Part shown: piece by piece, positions 16,080 through 23,935 of the stretch
How positions within the stretch are numbered: the first letter of the stretch is position 1
Layout of the letters: each line of letters opens with the position of its first letter
NCBI GenBank assembly: GCA_043783985.1
Contig: JAYVYV010000083.1
Location: forward strand, 1-38,929
DNA length: 38,929 nt
Reading direction: 5' to 3'
Source: Acidobacteriota bacterium
GTDB taxonomy: Bacteria; Acidobacteriota; Vicinamibacteria; Vicinamibacterales; CAVVIG01
Program-made: the position numbers and the translations under genes
Notes under the pieces: generated by a model
Seen by the model: the letters and a program-made list of their open reading frames with translations, nothing else
What the model was told of the DNA's origin: nothing
Database searches by the model: none

Positions 16080-17969
16080 ATGTCAACTGTGCGATCGAGG
16101 CCGAAAGCGACGTGGGGACGGACCGGTCCGGGCGCCTGCGCCACTCCTTTTGTGCTCGCCACGCTCCTCATGGTCGGAGCGCGCCCAGCGAGCGCGCAAG
16201 ACTCCCCGCATCACGCGAAAATGGACGCGGAGGTGGAAGCGGCGGTCCATGCGGCGAGCCCGTCGACGCGCGTCATCGTCCAATTCGCCGACGCGACCGC
16301 GCGGGAAAACGGCCGCCGCGTTGCCGGCGCCTACGGCGCGGCCGTGGCGCGCGACCTGAATTCCCTCACTGCGCTCAGTATCAGCGGCCCGGCGAGTGCC
16401 ATCGATGCGATCGCGCTCGACCTGGGCGTTTCGCATGTGTCGCTCGACGCCGCCACCAGCGCGTCCGACCTCGCGTTCCAGCAAGTGGGGGCGCAGGCAG
16501 ACAGCGGCGGCAATTACGAGGCGCGTCAGCGGTACAACAAGAACGGGCGCGGCCTCACCGTCGCCGTGATTGATTCGGGCATCGCGCCGCATAGCGATCT
16601 GGGAAGCTCGCGCCTCCTGGCTTTTGTCGACTTCGTCAACGGGCGCACGCTGCCGTACGACGATTACGGCCACGGCACGCACGTCGCCGGCATCATCGCC
16701 GGCAGCGGCGCGGCCTCCAGCACGCAGCTCTCCCCCTTTGCAGGCGGGGCGCCGGGGACGAATCTCATCGCGTTGAAAGTGCTGGACGGGCGTGGGACGG
16801 GCCGGACGAGCGACGTGATTGCCGCGTTCGAATGGGTGCTCGCCAACGCCGCGGCCTACAACATCAAGGTCGTCAATCTGTCGCTGGGCCATCCGATTTT
16901 CGAACCCGCCGCCCTGGACCCGCTCGTGAAAGTGGTCGAGCAGGCCTCGCGGCGTGGCATCGTGGTGGTGGTGGCCGCCGGCAATCGTGGTCTGCATCCC
17001 ACGACGGCCGCGACCGTCTACGGGGGGATTGGGTCGCCGGCCAATGCGCCCTCGGCCATCACCGTCGGCGCGGTCAAAACGCAGGGCACGCCGCAGCGCA
17101 GTGACGACGCGGTCGCCTCCTACAGTTCGCGCGGTCCCACGCGGTTCGACCTGCTCGCCAAGCCCGACCTCGTGGCGGCGGGCGACCGGATCGTGTCGCT
17201 GTCGGCGCCGGGCAGCTATCTGTTTCAAACCTATCCGGCGCTGCAGGTCTCCCCGGCGGGTGAGACCCCGGCGGCGTATTTGCGGCTGAGCGGCACCAGC
17301 ATGGCCGCGCCGGCGGTCGCGGGGACGGCGGCGTTACTGCTGGAAGCGAATCCACGGCTGTCCAGCCACACGATCAAAGCGGTTCTCCAGTTCACCGCGC
17401 AGCCACTGCCTAACACCAACGCGCTGACGCAAGGCGCCGGATACCTCAATGCGTTGGGCGCGCTGCGCCTGGCCCAGTTGATCAACCCGGCCGCGCCGCA
17501 CGACACCTATTGGCTCCGCGACTCGAACGCGCCGGTGCCGAGCGACGTCCTCTTCAACGAGACGGTGCTCTGGAGCAAGACGCTCGTCTGGGGCGACAGA
17601 CTGCTGGTCGGCGATTCGGCGTACGTCCACCTGCGCGCCTTCGACGATGTCACGGCGTGGGGCGCACCGGTGGCGCTCCCGACGGCTCCTCTCAGGGCGG
17701 CGATGGCCTATAGCCTGCTCGACAACATCGTGTGGGGCACGGTGTTGACCGCCACGAACATCGTGTGGGGTACCAATATCGTCTGGGGCACCAATATCGT
17801 CTGGGGCACCAATATCGTCTGGGGGACCGCGCTCGCGCCCGGCTTCTCCACCAGCACGAACATCGTGTGGGGCACCAATATCGTTTGGGGCACGGGTCTG
17901 CTTGACAACATCGTTTGGGGCAGCAACATCGTCTGGGGCACGCTGGCGATTCTGATCGGGGGACTGTAA
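16080..17969 (+). CDS. secreted S8 (subtilisin-family) serine peptidase with C-terminal NIVWGT hexapeptide repeat array
   Basis: Catalytic triad contexts VAVIDSGI (Asp), HGTHVAGIIAG (His), SGTSMAAPAVAG (Ser). Signal peptide after ATG 16080; ATG 16023 is an alternative start. I9-like propeptide VIVQF... Confidence 0.9.
   Translation: MSTVRSRPKATWGRTGPGACATPFVLATLLMVGARPASAQDSPHHAKMDAEVEAAVHAASPSTRVIVQFADATARENGRRVAGAYGAAVARDLNSLTALSISGPASAIDAIALDLGVSHVSLDAATSASDLAFQQVGAQADSGGNYEARQRYNKNGRGLTVAVIDSGIAPHSDLGSSRLLAFVDFVNGRTLPYDDYGHGTHVAGIIAGSGAASSTQLSPFAGGAPGTNLIALKVLDGRGTGRTSDVIAAFEWVLANAAAYNIKVVNLSLGHPIFEPAALDPLVKVVEQASRRGIVVVVAAGNRGLHPTTAATVYGGIGSPANAPSAITVGAVKTQGTPQRSDDAVASYSSRGPTRFDLLAKPDLVAAGDRIVSLSAPGSYLFQTYPALQVSPAGETPAAYLRLSGTSMAAPAVAGTAALLLEANPRLSSHTIKAVLQFTAQPLPNTNALTQGAGYLNALGALRLAQLINPAAPHDTYWLRDSNAPVPSDVLFNETVLWSKTLVWGDRLLVGDSAYVHLRAFDDVTAWGAPVALPTAPLRAAMAYSLLDNIVWGTVLTATNIVWGTNIVWGTNIVWGTNIVWGTALAPGFSTSTNIVWGTNIVWGTGLLDNIVWGSNIVWGTLAILIGGL
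17721..17943 (+). repeat. 18-bp in-frame tandem repeat encoding (D)NIVWGT, 9 copies
   Basis: Four uninterrupted units at 17757-17828 (aacatcgtgtggggtacc, aatatcgtctggggcacc x2, aatatcgtctgggggacc). Five more copies are separated by short linkers. Differences are mostly third-codon positions. Confidence 0.95.
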
Positions 17970-18622
17970 TGGAAACGATGCTCTACCGTCCCGCGCTCGA
18001 GACGCTGGCGACGACGCAGCCGTGGGCCGAGCCGGTCGTCAGCTCGGACTGGCGCGCGGGTCTGCCGGTGCTGGCCGGGCACGGCGTAACGCTGCGCGAG
18101 CTGCGAGTCTCCGATGCGGTGTCGCTCTGCGCGCTGCTCACGACCGAGGAAGTCGCGCGCTTCATTTCGCCGCCGCCGACCACCGTGGACGGTTTCGAGC
18201 GCTTCATCCAGTGGGCGCACCGGCAGCGCGCTGCCGCCAGTTACGTCTGCTTCGCCGTGACGCGGACGGGCACCGACACGGCCATCGGGATCTTCCAGCT
18301 CCGCGCGCTGGGCGACAGCTTCTCGACCGCGGAGTGGGGTTTTGTCCTGGGCTCCCCCTACTGGGGCACGGGGGTGTTCGCGGCGGGCGCTGACTTGGTC
18401 CTGGATTTTGCGTTCGGCACGATCGGCGTGCAACGCCTCGAGGCGCGGGCCGCCGTGCGCAATGGCCGGGGGAACGGCGCGCTGCAGAAGGTGGGCGCGG
18501 TTCAGGAAGCGCGGTTGCGAAAATCCTTCCACAAGAACGACGAGTACCTCGACCAGGTCCTGTGGGCCCTCTTCCGGGACCAGTGGGAGAGCTCGCGGCC
18601 AGCGGCGGGGCTGATTCAGTAA
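17969..18622 (+). CDS. GNAT-family N-acetyltransferase (RimJ/RimL-like)
   Basis: LRELRVSDA.., ..IGIFQL.., WGFVLGSPYWGTGVF.., QRLEARAAVRNGRGNGALQKVGAVQEARLRKSF. ATG 17969 overlaps the peptidase stop (TAATG). Confidence 0.85.
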   Translation: METMLYRPALETLATTQPWAEPVVSSDWRAGLPVLAGHGVTLRELRVSDAVSLCALLTTEEVARFISPPPTTVDGFERFIQWAHRQRAAASYVCFAVTRTGTDTAIGIFQLRALGDSFSTAEWGFVLGSPYWGTGVFAAGADLVLDFAFGTIGVQRLEARAAVRNGRGNGALQKVGAVQEARLRKSFHKNDEYLDQVLWALFRDQWESSRPAAGLIQ

Positions 18623-18862
18623 AGGCGATTTTCGCTGGTGTGCGAGGCCGACCTTCAGGCCGTTGTCGTCAAATCCTGAACCCTGCACGACGGCGTTGTG
18701 ACTAGGCGAGGAAACTCGGACTATCAATAGGGCCACCGCACACGGCAGGCGCGTCCATCCCCTCGAGCCGACACGCGGCGACCACCGTCGTGATTTTCTC
18801 CGCGAACGGCCGGCGGGACTGACTCCGCAGGGTAAAATTTCGTCTCGCCGCGTAGCCTCGGC

Positions 18863-19264
18863 TCACCGCAGCCAACGCTCCAGTTCATCTCTCAAGCGAA
18901 CGGCCTCGTCGCGCCTGGGAGGACCAACACCGGCCGTGTGTTTCTCGGCGATGACCGTTTCCCCCGTCTCGCTCTTCAGCACCATGACGCTCCGACTGCC
19001 GACAGCACTCCCGTAGTTCCGTTGTCGCGGTCCAAGACGGTCAACGACTCGAAGTCCCGGAATGCTCTCCAAGATTTGAAACCACGGCGCGCCGAAGGCG
19101 AAGACAGGTGCGCCAAGTTCCGCGACCGGTCGCCAAACGAACTCCTCGACGGTCCCTTTGTCCGGGCGCATCTGACCAGTCACGCTCTGGCTGTGCCACG
19201 GGTAAAGCTCGAAGCCGACTATCGCGCTACACGGCAACTGAGAATCGCCGAACCAGTTACGCAT
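18863..19264 (-). CDS. hypothetical protein (island cargo, no recognisable family)
   Basis: ORF with lower GC than its surroundings. Start set at ATG 19264 (MRNWFGDSQL..) because the longer 185-aa form overlaps the integrase start. No motif I can assign. Confidence 0.4.
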   Translation of the reverse strand: MRNWFGDSQLPCSAIVGFELYPWHSQSVTGQMRPDKGTVEEFVWRPVAELGAPVFAFGAPWFQILESIPGLRVVDRLGPRQRNYGSAVGSRSVMVLKSETGETVIAEKHTAGVGPPRRDEAVRLRDELERWLR

Positions 19265-19367
19265 GAATTGAAGCCGGCTTGAGTGGTGCCGGTTCTTTCC
19301 CTTCTTTGCGACCCAGGGATCTCGCAGATACGGCCAAGACGCAGCGCAGGCGGAGGAGTAATGGGCG

Positions 19368-20497
19368 ATGAGCGTCACACTACGACCGTACCGAAGCGGA
19401 GGCTGGGAGGTGGACATCACCTTGCGGCTTCCCGACGGGTCGCAACATCGAGAACGGAAACGGGCGTCACATTTCTCGAAGTCGGCGGCTCAGCGATGGG
19501 CGCAGGATCGTGAGCGGTACTTGCTGCAGCACGGCCCGCCCGCACCAAAGATGGAGGTGCCCACACTTGAAACATTCGCGCCGAGATTCGTCGACGGCCA
19601 CGCACGGGCGAACCGTCACAAACCGAGTGACATTGCAGCGACGGAATCGATCCTGAAGTGGCATCTGATTCCAACGCTCGGTGCTCGACGCCTCGACGCG
19701 ATCACGAACGAGCAGGTGCAGCGTATGAAGCTCGCTTTGGCGCATCGCGCGCCGAAGACGGTCAACAACGTGCTGACGGTATTGAGCACGCTGTTGAAGA
19801 AGGCCGTGGAATGGGGCGAGCTCGAGCGGTTGCCGTGCGCGAACAAGTGCTGCCCAATCCGAAAAAGACGATGGGGTTCCACAACTTCGATCAGTACGAG
19901 CGGCTGTTGACGGTGGCCAGCAAGCGCGGTGTGGAGACGTACCTGATGGTGTTGTTGGGCGGTGACGCGGGGCTGCGGCTCGGGGAAATCGTCGCGCTGG
20001 AGTGGTGCGACGTCGATCTGCCGGCCCGGCGGCTCACCGTGCAGCGATCCGATTGGCTGGGACACGTGACCGTACCGAAGGGCGGGCGGTTGCGCCAGCT
20101 GCCGATGACGCAGCGGCTCACGGCAGCGATGAAGGCGGCGCGCCATCTCCGATCGGCTCGCCTGTTGAGCCTGCCGGATGGATCCGCGCTCACGCGCGAT
20201 CGCGTGATCAAGGCCGTCCGCGGTGCACAGCGTGTGGCGGGGCTGGCCGAGCAGGGCGTGCACATCCTTCGGCACACGTTCTGTTCGCACCTGGCGATGC
20301 GTGGCGCGCCGGCGCGGGCCATTCAGGAGCTCGCCGGGCACGCCGATCTGTCAACGACGCAACGCTACATGCACCTGAGCCCGGCAGCGACCGAGGACGC
20401 GATTCGGCTGTTGGACGGACGCCCGATTGAGGCTGGATCCGCGAAAAATTCTGGAGACATTCTGGACACGCGATCAGCGGAAGCGGGAAGTAATTGA
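19368..20497 (+). pseudogene. tyrosine recombinase / phage-type integrase with one frameshift near 19840
   Basis: The N-terminal arm-binding and SAM-like part (MSVTLRPYRSGGWEVDITL.. to ..AVEWGELERLPC) is in the frame of 19368. The catalytic domain (GLRLGEIVAL, HILRHTFCSHL, LAGHADLSTTQRYMHL) is in the frame of 19658-20497. GGAGGAG Shine-Dalgarno lies upstream of ATG 19368. Confidence 0.8.
20449..20471 (+). promoter_or_regulatory. candidate integrase arm-type site (partner of 12530-12552)
   Basis: ttctggagacattctggacacgc, within the last codons of the integrase gene and 41 bp from the tRNA-proximal att core. Confidence 0.4.
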
Positions 20498-20512
20498 CTG
20501 GTAGATGTTTAG

Positions 20513-20586
20513 TGGAGCGGGCTACGGGGATCGAACCCGTGTCCGAGGCTTGGGAAGCCTCTGTACTACCATTGTACTAAGCCCGC
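20513..20586 (-). tRNA. tRNA-Gly (anticodon CCC), CCA encoded
   Basis: Acceptor GCGGGCT/AGCCCGC, anticodon stem GAGGC/GCCTC with loop TTCCCAA, T arm ACGGG-TTCGATC-CCCGT, 3' TCCA. 74 nt. Confidence 0.95.
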
Positions 20587-20609
20587 GCAGGAGGTCGCCC
20601 GGCCCGCTA

Positions 20610-20703
20610 GGCTGAAGCCTTCGCGCTACGCTCGGCTGAAGCCTTCGCGCTACGGTCGGCTGAAGGCTTCGCGCTACGGTCGGCTAAAGCCTTCGCGCTG
20701 GGG
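20610..20703. repeat. 24-bp tandem repeat, about 4 copies (GGCTGAAGCCTTCGCGCTACGGTC)
   Basis: Units at 20610-20633, 20634-20657, 20658-20681 and partial 20682-20703. Each contains the near-palindrome GGCTGAAGCC. A 21-bp identical solo copy lies at 9125-9145. Confidence 0.95.
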
Positions 20704-20724
20704 CCGCTCTACAGCCGGAATATA

Positions 20725-22086
20725 TCACGCGCGGATGAGCGTCAGCACCTCGTCGCGTTTTTCGGCCATCTTCTCCGGCGTCGTCGCCTCGAGGTTCAGC
20801 CGGAGCAGCGGCTCGGTGTTCGACGCCCGGACGTTGAAGTGCCAGTCGGGGTACTCCACCGAGATGCCGTCCAGCTCGTAGACGTTCGGCGCGTCGGCAT
20901 ACTTCGCGGCGAGCGCTACCAGCTTCGGCGGCACCTCCGACATGTTCTTGAGCTTGGTGTTGATCTCGCCGGAGATGAAATACTTCTGCGCCAGCGGCTT
21001 CAGGAGCTCGTGCAGGCTCTGGCCCTTCTTCGACATCAGCTCCAGAATCAGCAGCGCCGGGATGAAGCCGTTGTCGGCGAAGAAGTTGTCGCGGAAGTAA
21101 TAGTGGCCGGTGACCTCGCCGCCGAAGACGGCGTTGGTCTCACGCATCCGCGTCTTGAAGAACGCGTGGCCGACGCGGTTCATCAGCGACGTCCCGCCCA
21201 GCCGCGCCACGGTGTCCTTCACCGCATAGCTGGCGCGCAGATCGTAAATCACCGTCGCGCCAGGGTGCTTCAGGAGGAATGCCTCGGCCAGCAGCGCGGT
21301 GACGAAGTCGCCGGAGACGAACTCGCCGGCGCCGTCGATGAAGAAGCAGCGATCCGCGTCGCCGTCCCACGCGATGCCGACGTCGGCTTTCTCGGCGACG
21401 ACGCGTGCGACGATGTCCTTGCGGTTGTCCTCGATGAGGGGGTTCGCCTCGTGATTCGGGAACCGCCCGTCGATGTCGAAGCAGAGCCGCGTCGTCTTGC
21501 AGGGCAGCCGCTCGAACAGCCGGGGTGCGACCAGGCCGCCCATGCCGCTGCCGGCGTCGAGGACGACGTTGAACGGCTTGACGACCGGCGCGTCGATGAA
21601 CGACATCACGTGCTCCACGTACGGCTCGAGCACGTTCTTCGTGGTGACCACGCCGCGGCGCGCCGCGGCCGGGGGAATGGCGCCGTCCATGATCATCTGG
21701 CGGATCTCGGCCAACCCTTCGTCGCCGCTGAGCGGCCACGCGCCCTTGCGGACCATCTTCATGCCGTTGTACTGCTTCGGGTTGTGCGAGGCGGTGATCT
21801 GGACGCCGCCGTCGTGCGCGTCCTTCGCCACCGCGAAGTAGAGCATGTCGGTCGCCATCATGCCGTAGTCGACGACATCGCAGCCCTGCGACGTGGCGCC
21901 GTCCACGAAGGCGGCCGCGAGGGCCGGCGATGACAGTCGCATGTCGCGGCTGACCGCGATCCGTGTCGCCTGCAGGTAGACGACAAACGCGGCGCCGATG
22001 GCCCGCGCGGCATCCTCGTCGATCTCGCCCGGATACACGCCGCGGACGTCATACGCCTTGAAGATGTCGGGGTTCAGGGGAGGCAT
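20725..22086 (-). CDS. phosphomannomutase / phosphoglucomutase
   Basis: Active-site serine loop QITASHNP, metal loop AWDGDADRCFFID, sugar loop GGEVTGH. Confidence 0.9.
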   Translation of the reverse strand: MPPLNPDIFKAYDVRGVYPGEIDEDAARAIGAAFVVYLQATRIAVSRDMRLSSPALAAAFVDGATSQGCDVVDYGMMATDMLYFAVAKDAHDGGVQITASHNPKQYNGMKMVRKGAWPLSGDEGLAEIRQMIMDGAIPPAAARRGVVTTKNVLEPYVEHVMSFIDAPVVKPFNVVLDAGSGMGGLVAPRLFERLPCKTTRLCFDIDGRFPNHEANPLIEDNRKDIVARVVAEKADVGIAWDGDADRCFFIDGAGEFVSGDFVTALLAEAFLLKHPGATVIYDLRASYAVKDTVARLGGTSLMNRVGHAFFKTRMRETNAVFGGEVTGHYYFRDNFFADNGFIPALLILELMSKKGQSLHELLKPLAQKYFISGEINTKLKNMSEVPPKLVALAAKYADAPNVYELDGISVEYPDWHFNVRASNTEPLLRLNLEATTPEKMAEKRDEVLTLIRA

Positions 22087-22156
22087 AGGGTTTAGGGCTT
22101 AGGGCTCAGGGTTAAGGGCTCAGGGCTCAGGGCTCAGGGCTCAGGGCTAAGGGATT
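22087..22156. repeat. 7-bp tandem repeat, family C, exactly 10 units (AGGGCTC-type)
   Basis: agggttt agggctt agggctc agggtta agggctc x4 agggcta agggatt. Starts at the base after the PMM start codon. Confidence 0.95.
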
Positions 22157-22168
22157 ATGGTTGGTCGC

Positions 22169-23233
22169 TCAGAGCCGGCTGTAATCGGTGACCACGGATT
22201 TGTCGCCGAGGACGACGCCGTCCTCGACGAGCGCGTTGCGGCCGATGTGGCAGTGGCGGCCGAGGATCGAACGGCGGACCACCGCGTCCTGGCTGATGCG
22301 GCTGTTGGCCCAGACGATCGCGTTGTCCAGAACCGCATGCTCCTCGATGTGGCACTGGCGGCCGACGACGCTGTAGGGGCCGATGTGGGCGCCGGCCTTC
22401 ACGACGACCCCTTCGTCGATGAAGCAGGGGCCCTGGACGATCGCGCCTGCTTCGACGCGCGCGTCCGGCGAGATCCAGGCGGCGCCCGGATGCGCGGCGA
22501 ACGGCATCGCGCGATGCCCGGTGTAGCGGCCGTCCATGATGTCGCGGTGAACCTGCATGTACTTCTCAGGCGTCCCGATATCGATCCAGTAGCCGCGGTA
22601 GACGTAGGCGACGAACGTCTCCGCACGCTCGATCAGCGAGGGGAAGAAGCTGCGCTCGATCGACCAGGGCGTGTCTCTGGGGATACGGTCGAAGGTGTCT
22701 GGCTCGAGGACGTAGATGCCGGCGTTGATCGTGTCGCACGTGATCTCGTCGGCGTTCGGTTTCTCCAGGAAGCGCGTGACGTTTCCGCGCGCGTCGGTCT
22801 CGACGAGCCCGTACGCGGACGGGTTGTCCACCGGCGTCAGGACGATGGTCGCCTTGGCCTTGCGCTCGCGGTGCAGCGCGATCACCGCCGCGAGGTCGAG
22901 CTGCGTGAGGACGTCGCCGTTGAACACGACCACCGAATCGCGCATCGCCTCGCTCGCAAACCGGATGGCGCCACCGGTGCCCAGCGGCGCCGGCTCGACC
23001 ACGTAGCCGATGGCGAGGCCCGAGTCGCCGCCGTCGCCGAAGACCTCCTCGATGCGCCGCGGCTGGTAGTTGAGGCTGAGAATTACCTCGTCGATTTCCG
23101 GCACCTGCTTGAGCAGGTCGAGCTGGTAGTGGAGGAACGGCCGGTCGAAGATCGGGACGATCGGCTTGGGCGTGTGAACGGTGAGCGGGCGCAGGCGCGT
23201 CCCTTTGCCGCCCGCGAGCAGAATCGCCTTCAT
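22169..23233 (-). CDS. sugar-1-phosphate nucleotidyltransferase (mannose-1-phosphate guanylyltransferase-like) with C-terminal left-handed beta-helix
   Basis: MKAILLAGGKGTRLRPLT signature, ..GTGGA.., and C-terminal hexapeptide-repeat region. ATG 23233. Confidence 0.85.
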   Translation of the reverse strand: MKAILLAGGKGTRLRPLTVHTPKPIVPIFDRPFLHYQLDLLKQVPEIDEVILSLNYQPRRIEEVFGDGGDSGLAIGYVVEPAPLGTGGAIRFASEAMRDSVVVFNGDVLTQLDLAAVIALHRERKAKATIVLTPVDNPSAYGLVETDARGNVTRFLEKPNADEITCDTINAGIYVLEPDTFDRIPRDTPWSIERSFFPSLIERAETFVAYVYRGYWIDIGTPEKYMQVHRDIMDGRYTGHRAMPFAAHPGAAWISPDARVEAGAIVQGPCFIDEGVVVKAGAHIGPYSVVGRQCHIEEHAVLDNAIVWANSRISQDAVVRRSILGRHCHIGRNALVEDGVVLGDKSVVTDYSRL

Positions 23234-23271
23234 GACAACCACCGATGTTATCATGCTGAAGCCGGCCGCCG

Positions 23272-23871
23272 ATGAACCTCCCGAACTCGCTGACCGTCAC
23301 GCGCATCTTCCTCGTGCCGCTGCTCGTGGTCGTGCTGCTGACGAAGATCAAGGGACCGCTCGTTCTCGGCCTGCCCAAGGACGTGGTCGGCGCGATCATC
23401 TTCGCGCTGGCGTCGCTCACCGACTGGGCCGACGGCTACCTCGCGCGTCGGCGCAAGCAGATCACGCCGCTCGGCCAGGTGATCGATCCGCTCGCCGACA
23501 AGCTCCTCACCTCGGCTGCGCTCATCTCCCTCGTCCAGCTCGATCTCGCGCAGTCATGGATGGTCGCCGTGATCATCGGCCGCGAGTTCGCCGTCACGAC
23601 GCTGCGCAGCCTCGCGTACGCCCGCGGGGTGGCGATGCCGGCGTCGCCGCTGGGCAAGATCAAGATGGTGGCGCAGGTGGTGGCGATTCTGGCGCTGATC
23701 CTGGCGCACGGCCAGCCCTGGCCGTTCTACTGGATCGGTCAGGGCGCGCTGTGGGTCGTCGTGATCGCGGCGCTCGTGTCCGGGGCCGACTACTTCCGCC
23801 GATTCAACGACATCATCAGCCCACGCGTCGCGGAATTTCGCGCGCCCGATACAAATCGGAAAGTCGGCTAG
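23272..23871 (+). CDS. pgsA: CDP-diacylglycerol--glycerol-3-phosphate 3-phosphatidyltransferase
   Basis: CDP-alcohol phosphotransferase motif DWADGYLARR...G...DPLADKLL. Multi-pass hydrophobic protein. Confidence 0.9.
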   Translation: MNLPNSLTVTRIFLVPLLVVVLLTKIKGPLVLGLPKDVVGAIIFALASLTDWADGYLARRRKQITPLGQVIDPLADKLLTSAALISLVQLDLAQSWMVAVIIGREFAVTTLRSLAYARGVAMPASPLGKIKMVAQVVAILALILAHGQPWPFYWIGQGALWVVVIAALVSGADYFRRFNDIISPRVAEFRAPDTNRKVG

Positions 23872-23892
23872 GAACGCACGAGCCGCAACGTC

Positions 23893-23925
23893 CGCGAAGA
23901 GCAGATGTGCCCTGCGGGCTTCGCG
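23893..23925. terminator. possible hairpin between convergent pgsA and a secreted-protein gene
   Basis: cgcgaag..gcag-atgtgcc-ctgc..cttcgcg. No U tract. Confidence 0.25.
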
Positions 23926-23935
23926 CGCTGTGCGT

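Larger units (their letters stand above)
12377..20536. mobile_element. ~8.1-kb integrated genomic island at the 3' end of tRNA-Gly(CCC)
   Basis: Perfect 25-bp direct repeat gtggagcgggctacggggatcgaac at 12377-12401 and 20512-20536, the latter being the tRNA 3' end. A tyrosine integrase gene abuts the intact tRNA. Cargo has strong GGAG Shine-Dalgarno sites, an AT-rich patch and pseudogenes. Confidence 0.8.

Noticed and set aside
17708-18736. 342-aa minus-strand ORF with VPQTILVPQTIL repeats.
   Set aside because: It is the antisense reading of the NIVWGT repeat and of the GNAT gene. The plus-strand genes have clear catalytic motifs.
20610-20703. 24-bp direct repeats as a possible CRISPR array.
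   Set aside because: The units are strictly head-to-tail with no spacers. There are only about 4 copies and no cas genes in the window.
22087-22156. Telomere-like TTTAGGG/CTTAGGG repeats as evidence of a linear replicon end.
   Set aside because: The array is internal, between two ordinary co-oriented genes. It belongs to the same heptamer family seen at other internal spacers.
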